This document shows, one piece after another, positions 14,001 through 20,900 of a stretch of DNA of 64,000 nt; the first letter of the stretch is position 1; each line of letters starts with the position of its first letter. The position numbers and the translations under genes are program-made. The stretch lies in NCBI GenBank assembly GCA_902772905.1, contig CACYCL010000142.1, forward strand, positions 15,105-79,104, read 5' to 3'. Under the pieces are notes generated by a model, which saw only the letters and a list, made by a program, of their open reading frames with translations, made no database searches and was not told the DNA's origin. Origin of the DNA: an uncultured bacterium (GTDB lineage: Bacteria; Verrucomicrobiota; Kiritimatiellia; RFP12; UBA1067).

Positions 14001-14421
14001 TCTTGTCCTTGGAGGCGAGGCGTATCGGGAGCGCGAAGTCGCCCGGCTTCACCTTGTACGAGAAGACGAGATCGGTGAATATCGCGGTGCGGGCGTTTAC
14101 CTTCTCAAGATAGGCGAGGGTAAGCTCCCCGTTCACGTAGATGCCTATCGCCGGGCGGTTCGCCACCCAGTCGACGGCCTCAGAGCTCAGGCCAGTGTGG
14201 ACGAGCCGGAACTGGTTGCCCGTGAACTGCGGCTTCATGAGGCGGACCGCGAAGTAGGCGGTTTCGCCGCCGTCAAGCGGCGCGGTGGGCTCCGCCACCA
14301 TCGTGCCGTTCACGTCGCACGGCAGTATCTCGTATATGTCGCCGTTCGCGGCGGCATGTGCGAATGGCGCGGCCAGCGCCAGCGCCGCTGCCGCCACTAT
14401 GTTCTTCATGACTTTCTTCAT
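2005..14421 (-). CDS. Giant secreted protein (about 4139 aa) with at least 12 TSP3-like D-x-D-x-D-G calcium-binding repeats and a LamG (Laminin_G_3 / ConA-like) domain
   Basis: One uninterrupted ORF. I moved the start to the ATG at 14421 (MKKVMKNIVAAAALALAAPFAHAA, a signal peptide) which has GAGGAG 6-11 nt upstream. Repeats such as DTDGDGLPDGWE, DSDHDGMDDYYE and DTDNDGLSNYVEY recur. The LamG signature reads FDGSRFILFVDG...GYIDEVRIWDGARAPADI. Confidence 0.8.
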   Translation of the reverse strand: MKKVMKNIVAAAALALAAPFAHAAANGDIYEILPCDVNGTMVAEPTAPLDGGETAYFAVRLMKPQFTGNQFRLVHTGLSSEAVDWVANRPAIGIYVNGELTLAYLEKVNARTAIFTDLVFSYKVKPGDFALPIRLASKDKTMVTDSLYEPSVEYYLNFRDTSLGAAAWDIDDSTDSSAATRSANFVYGTMRYSASSPDYVARRVDYDLSLCNFNVQTVDFDSEDETSTLWRTVHEHPTDAQPVGSVPSLVVSGVPTNSVTLYVWSDNPDAVELIAGRDVQNVTTRSVHTSATATESRQVGEVKIVSGKQEYEFNLRGVAKGGEADIVLSAFPDFTYDPQNTRLANYLTRKVACVEPQPASVTIKPGKTSVTATSDYTTYVTELNVSLSENPIDHDFEVEIVPAFTDTTCPNNWWDYIRLTATTDADPTLTTPAANHVLVFRAGSTTPAMLDGVTLTDGKIYLYALRSDEYVTGTKKLTFAVTTDDTTAAQPSADGGIDGWNTAQSSLTINAQNPVIESMFDATDYATAIAGAERTLQIVVSDIYADMQSDVGYQVWIEKNTDTDTTFTQVDGLYKPGKGNVLYKVGTTDTLPSVIYNEPGVNKSVVYVVSPVSGNQSANHNFQVEVTTPAGYTVETTSGEYEFDEGDEVQVKITLDKQNTLGDIYAYILGDTDADAAAISCKWKAAAGGKGIKLTNYATSLSSGCKFVMLDGDASKMGSTYSYSIVFLTTDTWTDDVDKRVGAYRAKNTLVITTHNVVPSVDSVTLGLYEVSESGATVGGAERPAKFPLGIEQEFSLVVEEPGDLDKNPVSVDDRKFQMRWVFTDETGATYGPTDPSTASTTGIVEGDPDETTCKFDFPTAGRWTVTVDLRDKDMGNKWSSKFVFYVNVIDQPAITVTTTSPYNEQSSLDFGGEAAITVDLDINDCAFDMWVNLVVAPNATGGTGTFQLQEEADVVLQSDGSYNVRFPARTTTKTIYVKTMDGTADTRNSGFSISPTMVEDTTHVVPNSGGKHPGEYYLGVVQPRVLVYNDAPLLDEQFDVYPIPSTNAIPASIGAADEAITWAFDDVDLDFSRGITVEFKGGGGWGPKTYTSRDAALADGAAGFIPTFKDSGPQSVKLTIKDPDGGSATVVWEYLVEASKTMTIVAHGPAGGDVSKYDSAAGLGRGRVWAESRSAISASWFKSIINCGLATEWTVHGYGYKVGDVDDGAQLHMPDGFGGYTVGYYLDRDTPLNGRGANLGASDSAYAYSASGDRNGNPVDSFLYAWMIKSADADSGSTSFTYLNETTAPEYLLASDSGKTATLPTEQDDKGNYATTTLEAIFSIEYLASDNMGDINLDGVPDVYVNKYGFGIVDTESGSVSGSDLTKVSGFNDDEDYLPSGETSVYGTLIPGLSGTWVTTGKPFNAKLEIRGNGDALNDATDNNALTRVANVLPDRVYTDPRADSKSTLDGYDGSMPVEYLAWLDYAAANGLDPEDKGNWTKWSPERPTDPTLADTDEDGLPDGYEYYIWYRAHVGYNDGGVHKYLTGRAYDPRNPGEGRFIPAAEIAATYDPVVANAAFSVSQDTDNDGLPDLIEFMIGTNPFDFDTDGDGLPDGFEIMIAGTDPLLRYTTTGVCDAMRNYDGDAMAYTSPMYEKNYMVPSPKHVKALSKFALVDANGDTDGIQWYVMPTGDLPTNMVFAADSAGYVVMVGGVTNLTTAVPAYTERNGKVYLAGDLSPENTWTAGSFTDADGDHLVRLMPTRLVAGTVLDEAPDTAATVDFGYVSFAEEVEESMAGWLYGRDVDGLTTGNARANVGGFGFLAIGRYQNAPAGVALAYLPEEDDTIAYLHYLVYQEFGFDPRTAWNANTPLGARWGTTASSDDGESTEAKANNFSATFGYAGVAARTREYTLYDEFLVMSFFLNNGASMEVHTSPTRTWAKVWSEYTTNGRGPNEPDLTTTDNYVGRTVVAGSTIENGADTDGDGVPDGWELYVMSGPKEYKAAEEKYYFRFPGPLSDGNFSAFGPFMPYAKNASYTDNMSTSGYDTSAGDNDNLTEWQEFAGTDTVLYYADYSTTITRPEEHAKWLNKFFPTDPWNADTDGDGVRDGDEARANGERGTNKGFIYGNPADDGKLCSIPGGGLNPLSVDTDLDGIPDGWEMQYNGSSVYSGEDATYATVDGSAVGNPLEGLVDGMDGTVMDALTIVTGSVDADGRIGTAILDRVDGAKMFGKVNRDYDRDGLENWQEYMAGTMRCWRYDDILTPWVSIPDEAYWDDDGNFSPDYELINELFGDETITTDAEDGGDGEFWYKTLVDKTSPIYNPRLISGQTTGAQYFSRIDNVWDPAYVDHSAGGAWYYFKDRVGDESLRDLWAMPFAEEAEKSGTFVTRPNKYISCSPIEADSDHDGMDDYYELFHGMNPLLGASGVPLKNEGPCDIVFDAWHSDGSDTIFEAWNADDPKANAWTFRAKNGTYYKTGEAPRGTGYDFEYYPWLNGLATADPDGDDLRNQTEAIMSKMGTKTWLHTDPTPLWMTDRSYDASLTRMYFRMPGRDIFVQTAGDEFTYGGQTYSFTDYGCWAPASLLPPLPPRYVECSQDRGWFLYGKGEMNWMFSFEENEGYDSDHDAMSDAVEAEGKLRASSDPQDANSPNRRQAMYFQGAGNPSALQTPPEVAERYPVATEVWPDEMTFMKFTVEAWVKAESTDDATFVERAIWCDESKAGDEEFVRKNFQIGIKNGKWYAKYDANGTLPRSYVEVFSAADVDTGAWHHVAATFDGSRFILFVDGYEAAAPVESARQPEYGTSALVLRRTTTPADFIYAHSTGDYWYDREYALRTIVVGASLKTLAEGGAADAFNVNNAVGWNYYNNFFKGYIDEVRIWDGARAPADIRSDVTARKRYTRDAALENRNSFYSDWRKYGNRYVKDADGDEVSLVPELRYHFSFDSVPGGADEGVVAKVPAGFDYYQVAALGNPERGAAVLSRPTDWNVSWWKKILDGFGSVYSSDQWVQWVPNTIAHLPRFDGTTLDSFFWSDNTCGGTNGTYNFARTAEPASRWTQLSYNDATRKTEYCAPGMRHHLMAELDSLVAKFENGSTTNETGTARFDMFRFTGRNALTDGFDLLPLGGAYAKSCSTMWDGEGASTSWEITSDDANFNDLPDIWEEFAVANYSPESEPLTWDTIVYWKRDVASSVPGIKMTAGEAYRRDLAHGRVVAANDDGDLDVLDRDDLAQTADEDKSGTPDWWDDMYGVYGEGGTTDTDNDGLSNYVEYIISECFPFGMLLNPKSPMSDTRTLDYFRRVGKLYVGEMFTDHDQMEDHWERAQNSDAIDANVWDAQRDGDENGWSNFAELRSKDDESTWVQVGTETNLYTVTFDMDSTERSIFMATNQAVIASVESLNNYSGWHLDIDNPGGGYRSSYDTKIRYTLVAYKPIVAYGGHPMPKVDLTVYYNGSQLSAGETATLVVNAYNDPAMLVPDAVFVLSNAVKRGVSNLTLHVPTAGMLKEGANHFMAYAVVSREGGDETQSSSIDYMPGTPFGVLHNVDVGWNSTKAEMELSDTSAIAPRLDLWTVDSCDRIARFGETSPSNKLITADVSSLPASTRVRVVRFAVDGDPVWKVNTDPEVIFDKTFSRDVRGFIHEGDFLADGALDIDWDNLERGVYNNIDVASAGDDVTNMTYAVVLGDGDIEYYSDKDNVHRVYAHPFAVTRRFEIRHTAPTAVTLNGDGVCRVAQPTFRWRIDNEDAWASAYGTTYTAFRVVVRDSSNNEVYNSGYQRMPAADSSGVYSWTAPLFADAPSPSGDHLVFKNLENYTWQVYTHNAKFKTDNVGSGWNTFRLNVTTLDESSFAVDARVCYVGPAANLANRIRVQAFESPDFTGMPVAEAVATNVTAEALAADAGSVVRIAGLKAGTYYLRAYIDTDYDWQLDDWESWGYLNMRDQAAVSGSKTIFNPVAVTVGPEIAAEAMRSIYIEDRDTDGDGFPDVWEAEQNGNVFDAEAITPVVGDAELIAVNTNLTATLTQLAQGFESPLQLPIGGKYAVSLMTGIPLSQVTTASGSLFIEDKVVDDSVAITSLAIDRASGEVVLGIGAETEAGSVDPAVAALYSVASGAKVTVKVYRTETLAADWKLVAEEPVTITSDGTEIRAPLPENVDAKSGFFRVEIE

Positions 14422-14481
14422 GTAGGTTCTCCTCTTAAAGTTCATTCCAAGGTTCTTTGTGGGTTTCACGTTCAATGCTCC

Positions 14482-14910
14482 TTATCTGGCGGACGGCTGG
14501 GCAAGGCGTTCGCGCACCATCGCATTCGCCTTTCTCCTGGCCTCCGTGATCGCCGTGTTCGCGTCTTCGCAGCGCGCGTAAAGCTCTTTCCACTCCGGGT
14601 CCTTCTCAAGCTCCGCCTTGAGCTTCGCCTCGTCCTCCGGCGAAAGCCCCTGCCCGGCGGCGGTCGCGATGCCGAGCGCCTTCTTCTTGGCCTCGATCAT
14701 CTCCTCCATCTTCGCCACCACCGCTCCGCGCGCCCTGGCGAGCTCGCCGCGCTTCGCCGACTGCTCGCCCAGCTCGGCGATGAAGGCCTTGTCCTGCAGC
14801 GCATTGTCCGGCGCGGCGGCTGCGGGTGCCTCCTCCCTGCTGCAGCCGCACGTCGCCACAAGCACCAGGGCGAGGGCGGCTGTCGCGGTTCTGTTCGTCA
14901 TTGCTGTCAT
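14482..14910 (-). CDS. Small lipoprotein, A/E/K-rich with a coiled-coil-like sequence
   Basis: Start MTAMTNRTATAALALVLVATCGCS gives a signal peptide and lipobox-like LVATC|G. A GGAGGAG RBS sits 7 nt upstream of the ATG at 14910. The gene lies between the two giant genes in the same orientation. Confidence 0.6.
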   Translation of the reverse strand: MTAMTNRTATAALALVLVATCGCSREEAPAAAAPDNALQDKAFIAELGEQSAKRGELARARGAVVAKMEEMIEAKKKALGIATAAGQGLSPEDEAKLKAELEKDPEWKELYARCEDANTAITEARRKANAMVRERLAQPSAR

Positions 14911-14927
14911 CTGCACGGCTCCTCCAA

Positions 14928-17900
14928 TCATTCCTCAGGTCTGCACGGGTTGGCTGTCTTCATTATCTCCGCCTCGGTCGGCATGCTGCGGTCGCTGACG
15001 TCCCACTTGAAGAACAGCGACGACGGCCTGCCGTGCGTCTGCGCCCACTCGTACCAGCGCGCGCTGTAGCCGGGCGACTCTGTCGAGAACGGATCAAGTA
15101 TCTCGACCACCGACGTGAAGTCGGCGTCGAACGACGTTGGCGTGAACACGAACCACCTCAGCGGAATCCAGTTGCGCTCCTCGGCGGAGTCGACGGAAAG
15201 CCCGTTCACTCCGAGAAGCCCCTTGACCTTGAACGTGGCGTTCGTCCACAGCAAGTCAGACTCTATCTTCGCGTACTCCCAGGAGTTTTCCAGCAACTCC
15301 ACGCCCTGCAGTATGTAAGGCGCCCAGCCGGGGCCGCCCGCCGCCGTGTTCGTGATCTGCATGTAGACGCGGCTCGTGAGGTCGTTGCTTCCCGACTTCG
15401 GCCTCGGGCTCTCCGAGCCGGACCATCCGGCGCAGAGCCTGATGTCGTGGTCGTTCCACGTCGGGTCGATGTCGAACCAGTACATCTCGGTGAGCGTCAT
15501 GTTTGTCGTGACGGTGCCGTTCGCCTCCGCCTTGTCGGCAAGGCCCAGCTCCGTCGCGTCCTTGTTGTGCCATTCGTTGCCGTACGCGTCGGTTCCGCGC
15601 ACGAGCCAGTTCACGATGGCATTGCGGTAGCGGCTGTCCTCGCCAACGCCATAGCGCTCGGCGAGAGACGAATCGACCTTCGCGGACGCCACGACCGTGA
15701 TGTCGTTCGACGTCGCCGCGCCCACGCTGAGCGTCCATTCGCGGTCGTTGCCGGTCGGCACGGGCGTTGCGTACATTCCGTTCACCGTGACCGTGCCGAT
15801 CTCGTGCCAGCGGCCGGCGCGGTAGGTGATGTTCGTACCCTCCTCGCTTCCCTTGCGGTACACGACGGTCACGGAACCCGCGGTGTTCGTCTCGCTGCCG
15901 AACGACTGCGCAAGGTTGTCGCCCTGGATTATCGAGTATATCATCAGCGCGCCTCCGCGGGCCTTCGGCGGCTCGCCGGTTATCGCCTGGCCTTCGTTCT
16001 TGCGCCCGGGCGTCATCAGCTGCGTGTTGTTCCACTGGATCGCCGCGCTTCCGTTGCCGGCGAACACGCCGACTGACCTCGACCACGCATTGCCGGCGGG
16101 CACGCCGCCTTCGTCCGCGCCGACGTAGATGAAGTCTCCGCCGCGCTCCTGCGCCGAGAGCATCGCCGCCGCGTACTCTGGGTTGAACGACGACACGTAC
16201 GACCATTCGTTCGTTCCAAGCACGACGATCTCGCTCTCCACCACGCCCGACGGCCTCACGAGCTGCACCGCAAGCGGATAGTACGACTGTATCTCGCCGT
16301 TCATCACGCTGTCGGTTGCGTTCGCCACCGTCCACGTTCCGTCCAGCCTGCCGTCGCTCGCGTCCAGCGAGCCCTTCGCGTTCGGCGAGCCTATCACGTG
16401 AAACACCATCTTGGACTCCGCGTCGATGCCCTTCAGCTCAGTCTTCGTCGCCGGAAGCCCGTTCATGCCGAACTCCGCCACGTCGTTGGTGACCACCCCC
16501 GTCAGCCTGACGGGGTCGCTGCCGCTCATCTTCGCGTCGAGGAAGCGGAGCGTCCATCCGGAGAGGCTCGCGTCGGACGGCGCGGCCACCTCCACGAACT
16601 GCAGCGGCTTGTCGGAGTTGTTGTAGTTGTCGTCGTACACGCCGAATACGTTCGCCTCGTTGATCCACGCCCAGCCCGGCGCGACAGTGTCGAGCAGCGT
16701 GTAGGCCGAGAACGAGCCGTTGCCGTACTGGGCGTTGTAGTCGATGGGCCTGTACCACGGCGGGTTCTCCCACTCCGCCGACGACAGCCAGTTCGTCTGC
16801 GGCTGGCCGTTGGCGCGGTAGATGACCTCAAGCATGTACTGCACCGGCATCATCGACTTCTGGGCGGGCATGACGGCTGCGGACGCGCCGAAGTAGCCGG
16901 AGCGGAACACGAGGTTCGAGTCGCTCGCCTCCATCAGCCACGCGTTCTTAGCGTCCGGCAGGTCCCTCCACTTGTCGAAGCCCCACGGCGCCGGCTGCTC
17001 GTACCACCAGAGCCTGACGCGCGCGCTGGAAAGGTCGATCTCGTCGGCCAGCTGCGACGCATACACCTCGCACTGGACGCCCCACTCCTCGCCAACGAGC
17101 GGCTGCTGCGCTGCGGACGGCACGTTCGTAACCGCCGTGGTCTCCTCAAGGCCCGTGCGGAACGCGCCGACGTTGCGGAACGAGACCGACGCCACTATGC
17201 CCTCCATGACCAGCACTTCGTCGATGAGCACCCTCTGCGCCGGGACAAGCGGCTCCTCGTCGGCCATGGGCTCCGTAACGCCGTCCACCCCCGTCACCGC
17301 CAGGCGGAACGCCTTGTACGCGCTGCCCGCAGGGAAGCGCTTCGCGTACGCCTCGTACGTGGTGTTCGTTATGTCCCAGCTCGTGAGCTTCGCCCACATC
17401 GACTCTTCGCTCAGGTCGCCGTAGGTGGCGCCGTACAGCGTGACGCGCGCGGTTCCGGCCTTGGGGTCGTACAGCCTCGCCAGGAAGCTCACCTCGTTTA
17501 CCATGTTCGTCGCGAAAGTAGGCGTCTGCAGAAGCGGATACTTCTTCTTGTACTCGTCTGCCGAGCCGTCGGTGCGTATGTCGTCCACAATCGAGTTGTT
17601 GAGCGCGAACGCAAGGCCGTTCTTGAGCGGATCGCTCGCGTTGTCGTCGATGCTGACCAGCGCGCCGTCGTCCGTCGTGCGGAGGTTCCAGCCCCACCAG
17701 GAATGTGCGTCCAGCACCGGCTCGTCGCGGAACATTACGCCCGTTATCGTAACTTCTCCGAACGCCGTCGGGTCGGTCACGTCCTCTACCGCCGCCACCG
17801 TAGCCGGGTCTACCATGATGCGCATCGCGCCCCTCACGCCGTGCAGGCCGAAGTACACCCTGACCGTGCCGCTCGCGCGCTCTGCCGCGCTCATCGCCGC

Positions 17901-20900
17901 GAAGTTGATGTTCGTGAAAGTCGTCCAGGAGCCCTCCGCCGTCTTTGTGAGCGACTGGAAGCCCGAAAGCGGAACGCCGTTCGTGGCGATCTGCACGAGA
18001 AGCACCGCGTTCGACTGCGCGTTCTCGTACGTGAAGCCAAGCTGGCCGAGGCCGAGGCCCTTGTCGCCGTCGCCCACCATGCGCGGGGAGCGTATCGACG
18101 AGGCAACGTCCGCATACGACCTCTTGGCCGAGAGCAGAACCGCCTTGCCCTTCTCGCCTGCGGAGTTCACCGTCTCGCGAACCCAGCCCTGCGTGAACAC
18201 GATGTTCGTGGGAGAGCCATACACGAGGTCGTCGAACACGCCGAGCTGGTCGCCGTTCTCGTCGTCGTAGCTTTCGCCGCGCCACTGCGTGAACTCGATG
18301 TCGTCAAGCGTAACGTCCACGCGCGCCGTCTTGAAGCCGCCGCCGGCCTGCAGCCTCACGGAGCACGGATCAAGGCTGTATAGCGGAATCGTCGTGGTGG
18401 CGCCCGAGGAGCTGGACGACCCGAAGCCCGAAACCTCCTGCGACTTCAGAAGCGCCCACTTCGTAGTTCCCGCAGGTGCGGTGTACACGTCAACCGTAGT
18501 GGAGGGTGTCTTCGCGTTGATGCCGTAGCTGTTGAAGTCGCCCGTATTCACAGCCTCCATGCGCGACTTGTTTATCGCCCACTTGCCCGCCGCCAGGTCT
18601 TCTCTGCAAAGGACACGCGCCGAGGTCGAGATCGGCGTTATGGTGTATGTTCCCTGCTGGAAGCCGTTCTGCGAAGACGATGCCTGGTACGTAACCGCCG
18701 ATGCGCTGTACGACGGCTGCATGAAACGCGCCGGGCAGTTCGCCGAGAGAAGCCCGTACGTTCCGTACGTAAGGCGCTCTGCGGACGTGTCACGGTACAT
18801 GACCTCGCGGTACGACGCGCTGTTGAAGAAGCTCGACCTCGCAACGGAGTCTCTCGCAACTCCGCCGACTACGCGCGTCTGGCCGTCCACCGACGTATCG
18901 ACCGATATGAAGAGCCGCGCATAGCTGCCGCCCTCGCTCGTGGTGTTGAACATGTTGTTGCCGTTGGAGTGCGTGGCGGTGCCGAGGCGCGTCGGAACTA
19001 TCTCGCCTTGCTCGTCGTCGTACAGCCAGCGGTACAGCGAAAGCCTGAACGTCGTGCCCGGCGAAACAACTCCAGCCGTGTTGATCGATGCGTTTTCCTG
19101 TTCCACCCGAAGCTCATAGCACCCAACCCCAGTCGTGTAGTGCGCAACGAGCGAGAGCGACGCATTGCCGGCGAAGTTCCTCCTGCCGTTTATGTCGAAC
19201 GCCGCAGCCGTCATGAACGTATATGTGCTAAGCGAAGTCGCGTCTGTTCGGAAATAGCTGAAGTCGCCAAACGAAATGTCCTGCGCGATTCGCGCCTTGA
19301 ACGACACCGACTCAAGCCCGCGCGGCGCGCCCGTGAAGTCAACGAGCTGAATGTAGCCCTTGCCCTTGCCCTCCATCTGGAGCGCCATTCCCGTGTTGTT
19401 GTCGCGGTAGAAGCCGTTCACCCACTGTCCGGGGCCAACGTCGAACGCCGTGTTCGGCGATATCGCCGCGCCGAACGGCTGGTACAGCGGCCAGGAACCT
19501 CCGTCCAGCTCCGCCTTTGTCGCGTAGAACGCCTCCTGCCAGTACTGGTTCGTCGGAACAGAGATGTTCCAGCTCTCGAAGTGCGACTCGTGCGTTACTG
19601 CCTCGGCGGTCGTGCCCGACATGTTCACCGAATTCGTGTCGGAGGAAGTTCCAACGAAAATGCCCTTGCCGTCCGTCTTGTTTGCGTCTGTCCAGCCGTT
19701 GAAGTCCTGGTAGTCGGCGTGGACCACCGTGTAGGCGAGCGTGTCGTCCTGAATCTGAACCATTATCTGCCCGCTCTTGGCGTCGCATGGAACGGTATGC
19801 CACGCCCAGCCGTCGTCGTTATCGCTTGCGGCGAGCACACCCGTCGCCGGCAGGTCTCTCGCGTTTTCCGCGAGAGAGTAGCGCACCGTGTTGAGGTCGT
19901 ATTCGGTGTTGCCTGCCTCCTGCCTGTTGTTGCCGGCGATTCGAATGTAGATCCCGCCGTCTATCGCAGTGCGCGTCGGGCAGAAGCCGCGCCAGATGTG
20001 GTTGGCCGAGAGCGACATGTCGTACGCCTTCTCCTCGCCGTCCTCGCTCTCCTTTACATAGAGCGTGAAGCCCTCCCAATCGCTCTCGCCGCGCCTCAGG
20101 CGGAAGAACCAGTCGGTTCCGCCGCTCGGCAGGCTCGTGTAACCCGTAACGGAAATCTGCCTGTTGGTGCTTGCCGTCACCTCTTCGGTGTAGAGCGCGC
20201 TGCCATCGGCGCCATTGAGGTCGAGACCAAGGCCAGAGTAGTCGTAGTACTTGAACGCCGGAACCTGAACTACGTAGTCGTACCAGAACTCGATGTCGCC
20301 AACAACTGCGGGAATGTCGATTGGCTGTATCGAGGTGAACCCGGCCGAGGGGCGAAGGTTTATGGTCTGCCACTCGTTCGTCTGCTGGTTGAGATAGCGC
20401 CAGCGGTAGTTCATCTGCGCCCAGGCAATCGGCATATCAACCGCTACGTGCGCGTTCACGTTGGTGTCAACAAGCGCCTTGGCGCGGGCGTACACCCCTT
20501 TCGCGCCGGCCTTCGGGAACGGTACGCTCATCGCGCCACCCCAGCCGCGCACCTGCCGACCCGTCAGCTTGTTGTTGAACGACCCGTAAGGCTCCAGCGA
20601 CGCCGTCGACTTCGGGTACGAAACGAGAATGTTGTCAACAACTATAAAGCCGTATTCGTCGGCAGTCCACGTCTGGTTTGGAATCTGTGCCGTGCGGACA
20701 ATCCTGAAGCGCACGTTGCCGCCGTTGTCCACGGGAACCGCCACGCGGTAGAAGTTGTCGGCGGTGCCGCCGTTTGTGATCTCAAGCGTCAGCTCCGTGG
20801 CATCCGTCTGGTCTGGCGCAAAAGCCGCAGTGTTGTCGCGCTTGAACGGCTTCATCGCGTATGCGTTGTAGTTGGTGCCGCCGTCAACAGACACTTCAAC

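Noticed and set aside
4537-15069. 3510-aa plus-strand ORF spanning both giant genes and the lipoprotein gene
   Set aside because: It is antisense to three well-supported minus-strand genes. It is an Arg/Val/Ala-rich low-complexity translation typical of stop-poor antisense frames in high-GC DNA, with no RBS or signal features.
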